Assembly: GCA_965644295.1 (NCBI GenBank)
Contig: CBFFRP010000058.1
Coordinates: 239,561 to 303,560, forward strand
Direction: 5' to 3'
Source of the DNA: Paraphysomonas bandaiensis
Taxonomy: Eukaryota > Protista > Chrysophyceae
DNA: 64,000 bases
The first letter of the stretch is position 1; each line of letters opens with the position of its first letter. Positions 13,413 to 27,900 of the stretch are shown piece after piece. Made by a program: the position numbers and the translations under genes. Under the pieces are notes generated by a model. That model saw only the letters and a list, made by a program, of their open reading frames with translations, did not search any database and was not told where the DNA came from.

Positions 13413-14149
13413 GGCTGGGTCTAGTCTTTGACCTATATTTAACAAACATTAAGTATGTAACTATACGTTACTTAGCTTTATCTGTTAGATAACGACATAA
13501 TGTGTAGTTGAACTTAGTAAGAAATCTTGCTTAGATAACACTTTATGCAGAAAAATTGTAATTTATAAGAGAAATCGATCATCATTCACAGTCATTCTCC
13601 AACTCATGTTATTTCTACTACACCAATGATTGGTGACCAATCATTTTTAGTACGATCTTACATCGTCACTATGTTGTACAGTCAATATATTTATTTCAGT
13701 TTCAGTACTACAATAGCTACCATATCATTGGTTCTCATAATACGGTTAGCTAGTTCTGTATTCTTTGAGTAACGGTTATAATTCAAATCTTAGAAACTAC
13801 AGCATTTAATTGCTCACAAGCAGAAAAACAACAACATAATCAACACTGGCACTTCAGTAGCGAACGCCCTTGGAATGGGGCACATACTATGGAAAAACCA
13901 CTAAAGAAACGTCTTTCTATCGGCTTATAAAAAATGCCAAGCGACATATGGCTTGTCTCCCTATTTCTCAGCTTCGAGTTATTTCAAGATCACTATATAC
14001 AGCAGGATAAAAACTGCTGTAAAAAAAATAGATCAAGTTATTCCAGTAGCAACAACTTACTTACTACTTATCTATACATAGTTTAACAATAACTTCTCTG
14101 TTAATAGAATTTATATACTGAATCATCATAAACTGAACACTGTATCGTA

Positions 14150-14280
14150 TAATTTTGTTCCAAAATGCCTCTAATATTGAGATAATAATTACCTGTATTC
14201 TAGCCGTAGTTGTATTGCAGTAATATGGAGTAATTTGTATTCAATATATTTCCGAAAAATGAAGTGCTGACTGCCGATAC
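14150..14280 (+). repeat. Dispersed ~145-bp repeat, copy 2
   Basis: Aligns by eye with copy 1; ends TGCTGACTGCCGATAC. Confidence 0.85.
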
Positions 14281-14505
14281 AGATATACACTCACCTTTTC
14301 ATCTTGCTTTTGTAATGCTCTCCAGACCAAAAAAAAACAAAAAACAGGGTTTTCATAGAAATCCCAGTATTTATGATACCAGATTACAAGAAATACACAG
14401 TATCTGTACCACTGCAAACATACATATACAGTGTATATATAGAGAGAGCTCTATATGAGCATATGAGTGCATAGTATTAAGTATATATATACATATATAT
14501 ATCCC

Positions 14506-15323
14506 ATGAAACGAACTCTTAGTCATTTAAATCATACTTTATTATCATTTTCATTTAGTGGTGCAGGATGGTTAACACCATTTCATCTTGGAGTGATTAA
14601 TGCTCTCAGAGACTGTCATATGCTCTCAAGTAACTGTATTGTCTCTGGCTCATCAGGTATGTATATATAATCCACTGTATGATATCTTATATATATATAA
14701 AAACAGGTGGGGCAATAGCCGCAAGTGTATGTAATACTCATATAAGTGAAAAACATGCATTAGATATGTTTGTTAAAGCAACACATAAAACACGAGTGAT
14801 GTCCAACATCGACCACACATTAAAAGAGATGTTAAGAGAATCACTTCCAATTAATTCATATCAATATTGTAATGATCGTCTTCATATTACTGTGACACAA
14901 GTTTCACCTAAATTTCAACGATCTCCAACAATTATATCGAAATTCAATTCAGATGAGGATTTAATTCAGTGCATTGCAGCATCATGCTTCATACCACTGT
15001 ATAGTGCACCTAGATTAACTACTACTTTTCGTGGTCAGCAATGTATTGATGGTGGTGTATATGCCTTCCAGCCACCCGTGGGAGAAATCACCGTAAGTCC
15101 ATTACCGCGAATTGGAAGATACCTTCCCAATCCACGCCGCGCAGATATCCATCCAGATTTGATCACAGGGTTTGGTATTCCTGAATCTCGGCTTATTAAA
15201 TTGGCATTCATGCCAGGATCACCAGATGTTTTGTTTGAGCTATTCCAAGCGGGAAATGAAGCAGCGAATGTCTGGATTTCATCGCGTTCGTTTACGGAAC
15301 CGGAGAAGGCGACAACAATATAG
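14506..15323 (+). CDS. Patatin-like phospholipase (PNPLA type), 2 exons
   Basis: FSFSGAGWL..HLGV, GSSGGA split by an intron at ~14657-14706, ASCFIPLY, catalytic DGG. Confidence 0.92.
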
Positions 15324-15796
15324 CTTATTGTAGGGAAGACACATAATAGTTATTTAGTTCGTTCTTCGTGATATTATTATAGCTACTTATTGTTTTGATG
15401 TTCTGTATTCACGTTTCTGTCGCATACTCAGCTGTTATTGCAATCTAGTTCTTGTTGCCTATACCACAACATCTAATGTATTATGAAAAAATAACTTTGT
15501 CACCATAACTCTCTATTTTTCTGCTCTCTAACTTCGCTTTGACCTGATGCTGCATTGGTTTCACTTTAACTTGCTGTAACCTCATTGCTTTTTTGAATAT
15601 ATACGATTTCGCCGTCAGGCGCACTAAAATCTAAGACATATCGAAAATAATAGCATTACTGATAACTTGTTACTTTATTATTATTCTTATACCTGTATAC
15701 CAACAAAATTGTTTTGCTTAATGTTGAAATGGTTGTTTCAATTCTCCGAGAATCCTGTGTATCATTTTGACATCAAGTATCACAGGGTGAGAGAGC

Positions 15797-16170
15797 ATGT
15801 ATGTTAATGGAAAATTTCCTACTGCAAAGTTGATTCTTGTGTCCACGGATGATATGGCGGCCGATATTTTCACGAAGGCGTTGTCTACGAAGGTTTTCAG
15901 CCGCCATGAGAAAACGAGTACCGGGGTTAAGAAAAGCATGTCAACCAGAGTGGAGGAGCAGCAGAAGAAACGACCCCAAAGAGGCTAAAGGTGTGTTTTA
16001 GCGGGTGAATACCCCACATAACTGTATATCTAGTTGACTGCTAGTTAAATATGCATCTTTAAAACATTTCACATCTATATTACATATTATGAGACTAGAT
16101 AGTCATAGCATAAAGATTACTGTGCTCACTTTTGTTTCGTCTCACTGCATTCTACATTGAGTGGGGGTAT
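15797..16170 (+). mobile_element. Ty1/Copia 3' remnant (RNase H end and polypurine tract)
   Basis: LILVSTDDMAADIFTKALSTKVFSRH matches the Copia RNase H C-terminus; PPT-like GAGTGGGGG at ~16159. Confidence 0.7.
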
Positions 16171-16549
16171 TAGAATATGGATTATATTCTAGTATATTCA
16201 TTGCGGCACTTCAAGACAATGTACAAGAATACAGTGAAATATGGTGATGTACAAATGCTGTGATGATATTGAGAAACTGAAATGGTTTGATCTTTCAGGA
16301 TATGTTTAGTAACGAGAGGTTCACATATGTAGGAGAATATGTGTAGAGAAAAGTAAGATTGTGTTGTTTATCACTTTCGTGTAAACGATATTAATTAATC
16401 TATCTAGTCTAACGACAAATTCTCTCTGAGATCTAGTTAAGAATGAGCGATTTCCAACATTAAATTGATCTTTGTAAGGCACAGTACTATAATAAAAAGT
16501 AATGAAGTTGTGGTAATGCGATTGTTGCAATTAAGGTAGTGTTCTATTG

Positions 16550-16860
16550 CCATCATCAACATGTTATCCACAAGTTGATCTATATAGCAGCAACTAGTTG
16601 TTGTGGGTTTCTAGATTCTGTTTTTCATTTCTGCACAGAATACAGAATAGCTGCCCCATACTGACAGCGTAACTGGTGAGTGTTGCGACCGCGTACCTCT
16701 ACCTATGAACACATGGCTTAGTTCAGCCCATCCCCATCCGGGTTCTCACTGCATATTCAGTGCTAAATACCGTGCGATAATTTAGCATATTGGTTTGTTG
16801 GTTTCAGTAGGTAGCTAGCACATAACGTATGGGACTTAATCAAGTATTAGTTCCCATGTG
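16550..16860 (-). mobile_element. Remnant related to the leader region of the Copia-like element at 36116-37190
   Basis: GTAGGTAGCTAGC..ATAACGTATG..ACTTA..AAGTATTAGTTC occurs at ~16807-16853 and ~37126-37174. Confidence 0.5.
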
Positions 16861-17159
16861 TGACCAACTCGGTCACAGTGACTAAGAAGAGTATCCCACA
16901 TAACTCATTTGACTGTGACCACACGTGGCATCTCGCGTGCCCTACTTACATAGCTATAGTGCGTTGCTACATGATGTGCTTCAAAGCGCGAGCGCGACTA
17001 ACTATTAACGCATTCATCAGACAACGAATAATCACTCATATTAATTATAGCAACACAGAAGTAAAGAACTAGACAACCGTATTTGATAGACACGTTTAGC
17101 CATATTATAGTCTTGTGAGTTCACAGCTAAGTTATCAAAAGAGACTGCATCATAGTGGG

Positions 17160-17940
17160 GTGGTTTGTACAGTGTACGCAACCTTGTTTTGAATAGAATA
17201 TCTTCTGTATACGACAACCGACTCTATGCGCTGCTATTGACGATTCTGGTGTCCAGCAAATTTATCAATTAACCTGTCAAATTCTCGGAGATGGCATGTG
17301 GTTGCAATGAATTTCCAAATTTGATACGGGTATCGTGACCTTCATATGCAAGTAACAATCGATTATCCTTTAATTGGTCTCCGAAAGACAAATTCTATGA
17401 AAATTCATTGTATTATTTAATATGGCATCAGTATTTTTTACATTCTATCTGCTAAATAATAATGCCACTCGACAATGATATATATAGAGAGAGCACAACA
17501 TATTCGGAATCTGCAGTTTCGCGCAAAACACAATTGCTTGATCACGGACCGAGAGAACAAATATTATGATCCTGGCCCCCTTGAGGCCGAATTGCAGATA
17601 CCGACGGGTGAATCAAAAGCAGAAGCAGCCCCAAAAGTGGATGCAATTGGGCGTTACTTATCACTACTTATCTCTATGGGTAGAGTCCCCACCAAAAAAA
17701 GTGACATTACCCCACACATGAAAGCCCTAAAATTGATGTATCCAAAATTGGGGATCCAATCTCCCCAGAGTTGGCGAGATGCGACAACGGATAGGTAATG
17801 TTCTCCGCAAGATCCATTTTAAAGGGGCAGCGGTGACACCCGCAGAATGGAACGACATCAACACTAAATTTATATCAGAATTTAAACCACATAGTGTACT
17901 CGATTATTACAATTACGTTGTAGGACAAGTAGCAACGCAA
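17160..17940 (+). pseudogene. Degenerate coding fragment, possibly a MULE/SWIM transposase remnant
   Basis: Broken frames containing CGCNEF followed by a shifted ..DLHM (SWIM-like C-x-C..H) and a 107-aa ORF, within a TE-rich interval. Confidence 0.25.
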
Positions 17941-18959
17941 CGATAATAGGAGCCATTAACAACCAATTTAATATGAAAACACCTTCAACTCTAAATTAAA
18001 CGGAGACGTCTATATAAGCTGGTGCTGATTCTTAACGCCAATTGCTAATAATAAGACTTTCAATATAACAAAAACCTAAATTCTAATGAACGATGACATA
18101 TATTCGGCGAATAACAATGAATGATGTGAAATGTTGATCACAATTTCAGTAATTATTAATTGAGTGAGCTAACAGTTAAAGTTAAACCATCCTTTCATAT
18201 ATGTTGGAATACTTATATTCACCTCAATAACCCACAATAATAGTATATGGTTTCCTGGCACTGGAGTGGTTATATTTTGTCTGTCATGTCAAGACATCAG
18301 TCGTTTTAACGCATGATGAGCTGAGCCTGATAGTTGAGAATCAGTTACTTGAGCGAGTATTACCTTGATTTTAACCACAAACACCAAGAACTTACACAAC
18401 AATTTCTTGTCACTGTGATTGCACCTGTTATACTACACCAGGATCGTCCTAACTGTTTTCATCATATTACTCTCGGAATCAATGGACTGAATTTCTACAT
18501 TATTATTGAGTTTGATATTCAACATGATTTTTTCAACGGCACACATTTTCGTCCAGCGCATTGACAGTAGCATACACAAGAAACTACATCATTTCTATCA
18601 ACAGCACACAATTAGTCAGATAAAGAGCACGACAAAATACGGTATAGTAAACAAGCAAAGGTGAACGAGAGGAAAACAATCGATCTTAACTATATATCAT
18701 ATAATTATGAGATACAAGAAAGCTATCTACACATACAAGCATGCTGATCATCTGTATAGTCACGCTAATCGTAAGTATGCACACATCACCGTAACTATGT
18801 ACAGTGTAATCGTACGTATGCACGGTATAGAGTGGAATGAGAAGGAGTGACGGATCGCATACTCAAACTGGTATATATATCGCCAAAAGTTAACAGCGCT
18901 ATATATATCAACTTCTTGTACACATAAATTCATGATAAATTTGAAGCTGAACACATGAC

Positions 18960-21900
18960 TCAATCGGAGCCGAACATTTCGGAATCCCAAAAAGAATTAC
19001 GACTACACTTGTCGCTTTCAGCGCTGCTACTTCCACTGCTGTCGTTCCAGAAACATGGTCCCTGCACGTTCCTATCTGGATTTTCATCAGTAGAATCCAA
19101 CCAACCATAGAATTCTTCTGAATGGCTGGCCGAGTTGGAGCTGCTAGACCAAAAACTTGCCTCAGAAAACGCGACACTAAAGTTTTCTTCTGTAATTTTA
19201 TCACTCTGCGCGCACTCTGCTATCATATCATGATGTGTTATTATCTCATTAGACTTGCTGAAAACTTCATCGTCTGAGGAATCAGGAACCGCATGCTCAT
19301 CACAGAGGGTTGACACTACCTGTTCGATGTTGGAAGAGACGGTACCATCCTTGTGTGGCAAGCTATCTGTTGGATAAACATTACCACTGAAAGAGTTATC
19401 GCTGCTGCTGTCATAGTCTCGAATAAAAGAGTATAGTTTATACGATACCAGAGGGACCAGTACGCAAATAAAAATGGGGTTGTTTTTTAAGAATACACCC
19501 ACGAGGAATAGCACACTGACAGCGAGTGGTTGAAACGTGTGAATTACAACACGTTGTATAGTAGGTGACATTGCACCCATTCGTTGCAACATGCCCACGA
19601 ACATAGCACTGAGTGTAAAGCGTCCAATACGGGACCATGATCGGGACCAAGGGTTCCACATAGTAGAATATGGCCCAATATAATGAGAGAAGCGCCATTT
19701 TCTTGACAAATCTCCGGGGGAGTATGTGTGATAGCTCATGACAATAACACTCTCAAGTAGTTCCGGAAATCGTTTTGCTATATTGGTAGACACAAATAAA
19801 TATCTGGGAGCATCGAGAATGACATTCGTCGTACTCTCAACGGTAGATGTGCAAACCTTCTGGACTGCCTGATGAATAGCAAGTCCAGCACTTCGCACCT
19901 CATTCCGAGCTAGATCTGGAATGAAAAAGTGGACGATGGCGCACTCAGAGGTCTGCGATCACAGTTACACCACATGAATAAAACAAAATTCACTTTTCTA
20001 ACCTCATAGAAAACCATCTCGATAACGAACTGCAAGATGCAAGCAATCAGAAACAGTCTCTGCCGATACTGTCATGTACACACACACCACAAACTTAATT
20101 TTCACAAACCTGCCATTCAATCCCTCGCTCAAGACCACGCAATACAGAGAAATACACAAAAAAGAGATTAAGCAACGCAACCACAGTCCAGGCGATGGCC
20201 TTCACCATCGGCGTCACAACAAAAGAATGCCTGAAACTACAGACAGAGTTAACATATACTGACTCCAAAAAAGCAGGTACTTACTCTTCTTCACTCTTCG
20301 TCAAAAATATCTGAATGTAAAAAAATTAACACGCACAGGATTAATTTCAACTGTATACCTTTGCAGCAGGAGTATCCCGCCCAAGCAAATCAATGATGAA
20401 AAGGTGCAATATTTCCATTCCGATTTGAACGTCAGTGGCAAAGCGAAGCTTTTCGAACTTCGCCTGTGTCTCAGTCCGTACAAAACTCAACTCCTCCTTT
20501 ATCATCGTTTCCGCGCTCCTTGTTCTGGGAGAGAAAAAGATAGTCCTCTCTATCTGTTTGGAGAACTCACCAGTGGGGTCAATTCCCCACATACTGTCGA
20601 ATGCTTCTTTCTGATTACGCTTCATGCTTTGTCGCTGATCAGCAATATCTACTGTAAGCTCAAGAAATAGGTCATTCACAGCACGATCACTATGGCCGAA
20701 CTGGATATCGTTAACATCACTATTTCTTAGTTGGAGAGATTGTCGATGCTGCATCAAAGTGTGTGTCGTTTTGAATGTGCTGGATTCTCTACGTCGAATT
20801 TCTCGAGTGGTTACACGAGAGTTGATTTTTTCCTTCACATCGAAAAGAATGTCTCGGACAGATACCGAAGCTAAATTATGGGCCGCTTCCATAGAATCAG
20901 GTACCACTCGTGTTTTTTGAATATTTGTCAATTCCATTGACGAATTCGATTTTTTGAAGACAGTTTTATGCAACCTTTTCACCGCTGCTGTAGACACTGC
21001 TGACACCCTACGGCCAACGGCAGATGCACGGCGAACAGCCCTATTCACCATTGACTCTCGCTCTTTGATCTTGAGGGCATCTGCTGTAGGGGAGGACAAA
21101 ATTTCAATGAATAGAAAATCCACCAGTAAATTGACAGGAGCTGTCACAATTGCTACGACCACAGATATCAACACTACCACCTATTCGCAACAACAATGAA
21201 CAGTGGATACGAAATATACGCAACACGTACCCAAAGAGTCATGTTTGGTGGAATATATGTACACGTATACCCTGACGGTGATGCATAATCTTCATTCCAT
21301 GAACACATGGACTTGTCGGCATCAAAAGCTGATTTTTGTCGCAGGCATGACGACTCGGTGGTGTGAGTTCCACACGACCCATCGTCCTGGGGGTATTGCT
21401 GAATATGCAGAGTAAAAACCAGCTTTTATTCTAATAAATATGGATAATTACCAAATCGTAACAGACAGCTAAAACAAACATCAGCATGCTCTGTACTGTT
21501 AGAAGATGAATTCCTAAAAAAGTGTCAATTAATATATAATAGTACCACGAAATGTTACCTGTAAGCATGCGCTCATGGTCACCATTGGCCCCACTGGCAG
21601 TGAACAGGACAAAATATCTATATTGAAAAATTGGATATTCATCCAAAGCATTCACATCCAAAGTGTATACCTATGATGCTTGCATATCTCGTCCCAGAGT
21701 CTCCAGATACCGGGTTTTGTCAAAAACACAGCAGGAAATACTTCATTTACATAAGCCGTCAAGTAATTTCTCACATCTGCAGTTGACTTGGTGGTGCTAG
21801 CTAGTTTCTTCTTCAACTCCAAATTGTTTTTGTCTTCTTTTACCTTTTTCTGTGTATAGCGCTGTCGGAGTGAGCACATTGAGATTCCAATTAAGCCACC

Positions 21901-24900
21901 GGCCCTGTGCAAGCACGACACATAGAAAAAATAACAGAAAGTAGGAACTGTGACGAAATACGTACCACATGACGCCATACAGCAACACTACAATCATGGT
22001 ATTCTTAAGATCTTCAGCGGAATTGAAATCACTGGTCGTTGATATAGTAGTTTCGAAGTCTTCAACCACTAACTCAGTAACAGCGGCAACCTATATATTA
22101 CATATACGTCACTAGACACACTAATTCTGCCGACTAGACTACATCACCTCCAAAGCACCAGAATCCTTCCAAGAGAGTGACCGTCGCTCGGAACCACCAC
22201 TATCCACCACACACGAGCAAATGATAGACGCCGCAGTAAAAGACTGCACTGAACAGCTGAAGGATTCCCCACTCAGCACTCGACAGGCAGGCACTGTTGT
22301 GACTGTGGGGCACACCGTTTTCATTATAACAGCAGTTCCATTACACTTATGCGAAATGATCGCATCACCACCAAGTCCACCAGGACATACATGATTGTAC
22401 TCAGCATATTCTCCATTCATACATGTCGTGTTCACAGTATGAGTACCATTTATAGATTCATACACTGTCTCCACAATATTTTGAATTACAAAAGTAATTG
22501 TAGAGTTCGTACCCAGAGCACTGTCAACAAATTTCACCCGCAAAGCATTAGAATTTAAGTTTGCAGTTTCGTTGTACAGCCTTGACTTGATAGACATAGC
22601 TGACACTCTCAGGGTAGAATCAGAATTCCCATCGAAAGCTAATATTGCTGGGGCAATGCCAGACAGCTGTTCCGCAGTTGTTTGGGGAATTACAACGTCT
22701 TCGATTCTCGATATCACATTCGTAGAAAATCTGAACATTTTGTTGATGCTTTCTATCGCATTCTGTCCCTCAACCATGTCGCTAGCAACATTATATCCAT
22801 ACGTATCTAGCAAGTCGATATAATCTACTAAACTAGACAATCGTCGACGCACACTCTCTTGGGACGACGACTCTGCGGCAACAACTGCCGAGTCAATCGA
22901 ACTCAAAACTTCCGACAGACTATCATGTGATACTCCATACTCAGATGCACCAGAAAGTATAGAACTAGCTATGTTGAGGATGATTTCAGATGCCCCTGGT
23001 GAGAGTTCTTCCGAAGACTGGGTGATAGCACTGAGGGACGATTGCCATGTACGAATGCTATCAGCACTGGGTTCATCGGCATCGCATACAGATTTTAGCC
23101 TCACCAAAAGCTGTTGCCGAATCGATTTCTTTAACTCTAACTCAGCGGCACTCATTTGGCACAACTCGCCACTGAATCCCTCGATGCACTCACACACTGC
23201 GACACATGTTGTGTCTTCCATGAAACATGCTTCAACCAACACACCACTGTCAACATTCTCATACACACACTTTCCATTTCCTGTGCAATTCTGACGACAT
23301 GGTTTCATCAATTTATTGCACTCAAAGTTCTCCATATCACAAAACTCCCACACATCACAGTCACTATCGGCGCTACAGGATACAGTCACATTAATACGAG
23401 GGATTTCTGCAATTGTCTCAGCGCTGAGGCACACCGAATTATCGTCACCCTCAATACCTACATAGCCAGACAAGCACTGCCCACAAGTATTATCCGTGAT
23501 ATCACACTCTTCTCGATACAACGCTGCACAGTGAGGCGCATTTGAACAATCCTTGGTATTCAAAATCGAACTTGCAACCGACAAGGTCTCTTTGGTTCCA
23601 TCCAAACTACCCGAGTTGTCGCTGATATCTCTTGCAATTTTACTTTGTAGATCCGCAAAGTTTAGTTGCGTTTCACCAACAACAATATTACTGGTCGCCG
23701 AGGAATGGGCATTTAACACGTCGAATACCATCACATGGCACGTTAATTCGTAACCGTTGTGCTTCTGACCAGCCGGCAACGTAGAAGATCCGTACCCAGT
23801 TTCAGATCTACCTCTAACTACATTGACACTGCCTCGATTCGATAAATAACCGAATTGAAAAGATACAGGGCAGTCATCATCTGTCCAAAGAGTGGCTGCG
23901 AAAGTAAACATAGTACCCATGGCAGTGCCATTGGGGGGGGACACAGCAAATGCTCCAGCAGATGGAGGGGAGTTAACAATCACTGACAACGATGCCATTA
24001 CACGATCGTTTACAGAAAGAGAAAAAACATATGGTAAAATCCTTCCGACAAGAGAGTTCTCCATAACAACTAAATTAAAGACATGTCTACCATGTCCGAA
24101 TTCTTTTGACACCGCCGTGCGGGATAATTGAGCAAGTGTAATGGAATCATCTTCCACAACCCACTTGACCAAGGCTGGAACTGATAATTCAACGGACCCT
24201 AAGAGAGTAAGAATATCCGTAGGATTAACCTTCTGTGCAGTGCTCTTCATCGACACCGTCACCACTGGATCGGATGCTTCTCCAACGGTGATATAAACAG
24301 ATCTCTCGCTTTCCCGAGAAGAGTCTGAGACAGATACAGTGACGACAAACTCAGATGCCACATCAGTCGTCAGCAACGGGTGTGCTACAACAACAGATCG
24401 GTTGACAGACATATACAACCCGCACTCTGTCGACAATCTGGGTTTGCGCTGATAACAGCTCCAACTATACGACAGATGCGCATCATTGGAGTCAGCACCA
24501 TAGCTTTCCGATGCATCTAGAACAATACTATCCCCGACATTTACTGTTTGATGTGTCCCGCCAGAAATGACTGCAACGAGAGGTGACTTGGTTGTGGTCA
24601 CAAAGGCTGATGAGGTTGACTTCTGCCCAGAATTGCTCGTTACTTGTACAGAAAACTCGTATACAGAACCAGATTCAAGGGTGAAAGGTAGAATTCTATA
24701 TTTTGTCTGGTCTCTTGCTGATGAGGTTACTGAGCTATCGAGTGCACCATCTCTTGTAACGCTCCACGAGTACACAAGACCAGCGTAAGATTTGGACCCG
24801 TCACACTCAGACAAGTAAGCTTGTGCTTGAAGAAGAAGGGAAGCACCTACAGATATCGATCTTGATTTTGGCCCTAGAAGACGAACAGATGGAACAGCGT

Positions 24901-27900
24901 CATCTGTTATAAATAGTTGATGTATTGAAAGTGAACATGCCCCTAAGAAGTTACACAAAGAGACGTGGAAATCATAGTAGTTTCCAGGCTCAAGGAAATC
25001 AGAAGGAATAGGTGTTGGAGGACTCAAATCATAAGTTGACACGAAAAACTCATTCAGAAATCCAACTGAGGTCTCTTGACTGTATGCAACAACTGTAATG
25101 TTCTTCCAATTCCTCCCCCCAGAACCAGTAGAGGACAAGAGGTCCAGAATTACTTCGTCACACGGTCCAGAAACTTCAGGTGCAGTAACAACAACCACTG
25201 GTACGATGGGTGCTTCTGGAGCCGAAATCGAAACTGAAATCGTCGAAGGAACAGATTCCCATTGCATACACTCAGTGAGAGTTAAAAGACAAGAAGCTCT
25301 TAAAGTATTCTCCACAACAGTAATGTTGTCGCCAACATTAGCACGCACATGACCTCCCAGAGACATTAGGACAACAGAAGGAGAAGTCCACTCACAAACT
25401 GCATTTTCATCCCCAACAAAAGAAAATACTAGCGAACAAGTAAACATCGACGACTGGCCAGCCATGTCAGTTGAAGAATCGAACTTCAAAACGATGGACA
25501 GCCCTTCAGATGTAAATTCTGCTGACGATAACATAGGAACAGGTGGTTTCCCATTGGATGGTAGAAGCATAAAGTCGTTTCGTCCAGTGAATGCAATTTC
25601 ATATTCAGAGGCATCTTTACCACTGCTGGAAATGCTGACGCTATATCGGCCTGCAATTGAGCCCATCAATGCTACATACCGTATATTATCCCAAGAATGT
25701 GAATATATAACAACGCTAGTCGGGAAAAACATGGCAGTTGTCAAATTAGAATTGTCCATACTCTTCGCAGTGAAAGTCAATGAGAGAGGTGACGACGGAG
25801 CAGAATCAGCAGCAACAGTGAGAAACGAGAATACGTCAGTGTTCTCTAAATACGACACTCCAGCCAATGAGATCGATATTTTCTTGCAGCACAGGGTGCG
25901 GATAGTCTTTTTGTTCAACAACATATCAGAGTAAGAAGTTATAACGCCGTAGACACTTCTGGCCACGCAATACACATTATAATCAGTACTGGGTTGCAGA
26001 GTGCCAATCCTAAGTTCTGTGTACATCTCAGGATATTCAACGGCGGCAAAATTATTCTCAACAATGACAGAAGCAGTGGAGAGTGGTGGCGTGGAGAGCA
26101 CGTACACCCCACAGTACACTCTGCCCTCTTTTGAGAGCCTAGTAGTAATAGTTACTTCCGATCTCAATATGTCAACATCAAGATTTAAAATAATGGGGGG
26201 AGGAGAATGTGTTGGACTGAGGGTAAGCTCCGAAGTTGGTACGGCAGTCGTTGGGTGTGATGATGGACTTTGGGACGGGACAGAAGTAGGAAATAATGTG
26301 GGACTGCGAGTCGGTGAGAAAGATGGCTCAGCACTGGGAAGAGAAGATGGAACTCCTGATGGGTGTACAGTCGGGATCTGAGATGGGGCAGAGGAAGGAA
26401 GCACTGTGGGGAAGCCACTTGGAAGGCCTGTGGGTACATCAGACGGCTCTGAGCTAGGAATGACAGATGGCGTAGTGGATGGGATTTCCGACGGTACTGA
26501 AGAAGGTTGGCAAGTTGGCTGGCCGCTTGGCTGTAGAGTAGGATCTCCCGATGGAACGCAAGACGGCTGACTGCTTGGTATAACAGATGGTTGACTGGAA
26601 GGTTGCCCAGTCGGTATAATGGAAGGTTCAGAAGTTGGCTCCATTGATGGTTCACCAGAAGGACTTCCTGTTGGAAGACCAGTAGGCTGACCTGATGGCT
26701 TACCCGACGGCTGTCCTGACGGTTCACTTGTTGGTTCACCTGTGGGACCAGTTGGTTGACAGGTAGGTTCGCCAGTTGGTAGACCGGTAGGTTCACTAGT
26801 CGGCCGCCCCGAAGGTTGACTTGTTGGAACTCCAGTAGGGTCGCTCGTTGGTTTTCCTGAAGGAAATCCAGTAGGTTGGCCTGTTGGCAGGCCAGTTGGC
26901 AGACAAGACGGTTGGCCCGAAGGCCTACTACTTGGTTGGGTGGTGGGCACACCAGATGGCTGACCTGTGGGCTCACCGGATGGCCGACCTGTTGGTTTAC
27001 CAGAGGGGAATCCAGTCGGCTCACCAGAGGGTAAACCCGTGGGCTGACCAGACGGTTGACCCGAAGGCAGACCCGTAGGCTTAACGGACGGTTCACTTGT
27101 TGGATCACCAGATGGCAGGCCGGTTGGTTCACCCGAAGGTAGACCAGATGGTAGAAAAGTCGGCGCACCAGTGGGTTGACCTGTTGGCTCACCCGTGGGA
27201 CACCCCGTGGGCTCTCCGGAGGGTTGTCCTGTTGGCTCACTTGATGGTTTACCAGTGGGATGCCCACTAGGTTCCCCAGAAGGCTGGCCTGACGGATGAC
27301 TTGAAGGTTCACCAGATGGTTGTCCTGAAGGCTCACCCGTTGGTTGACCTGACGGCTCACCTGTTGGCTCACAGCTGGGATATCCAGTGGGTTCACCAGA
27401 TGGCAGACCAGTAGGTTGTCCTGAAGGCAAACCTGTTGGTTCGCCCGAAGGCTGACTTGTAGGCTGCCCAGATGGCTCACCTGTTGGCTCACCAGTAGGC
27501 TCACCGGTAGGCAGGCCCGTTGGTTCACCAGAGGGTAAACCCGTGGGATATCCTGTAGGCGAACCAGTGGGCTGGCTAGTGGGCAGCCCGGACGGCTGAC
27601 CTGAAGGTTCACCACTGGGTACACCAGTAGGTTGACATGTAGGTTGCCCTGACGGCTGACTTGTTGGTTGGCCTGAAGGCTGACTAGTAGGCTCACTAGA
27701 TGGTTCGCCACTGGGTTCACCAGTGGGCTGCCCGGATGGTTGACTTGTTGGTTGGCCCGTTGGTTCACCAGAGGGTAAACCCGTGGGGTATCCTGTCGGC
27801 GAACCAGTGGGCTGGCTAGTGGGCAGCCCGGACGGCTGACCTGAAGGTTCACCAGTAGGCTGACTTGTTGGTTCACCAGAGGGTAAACCCGTGGGATATC

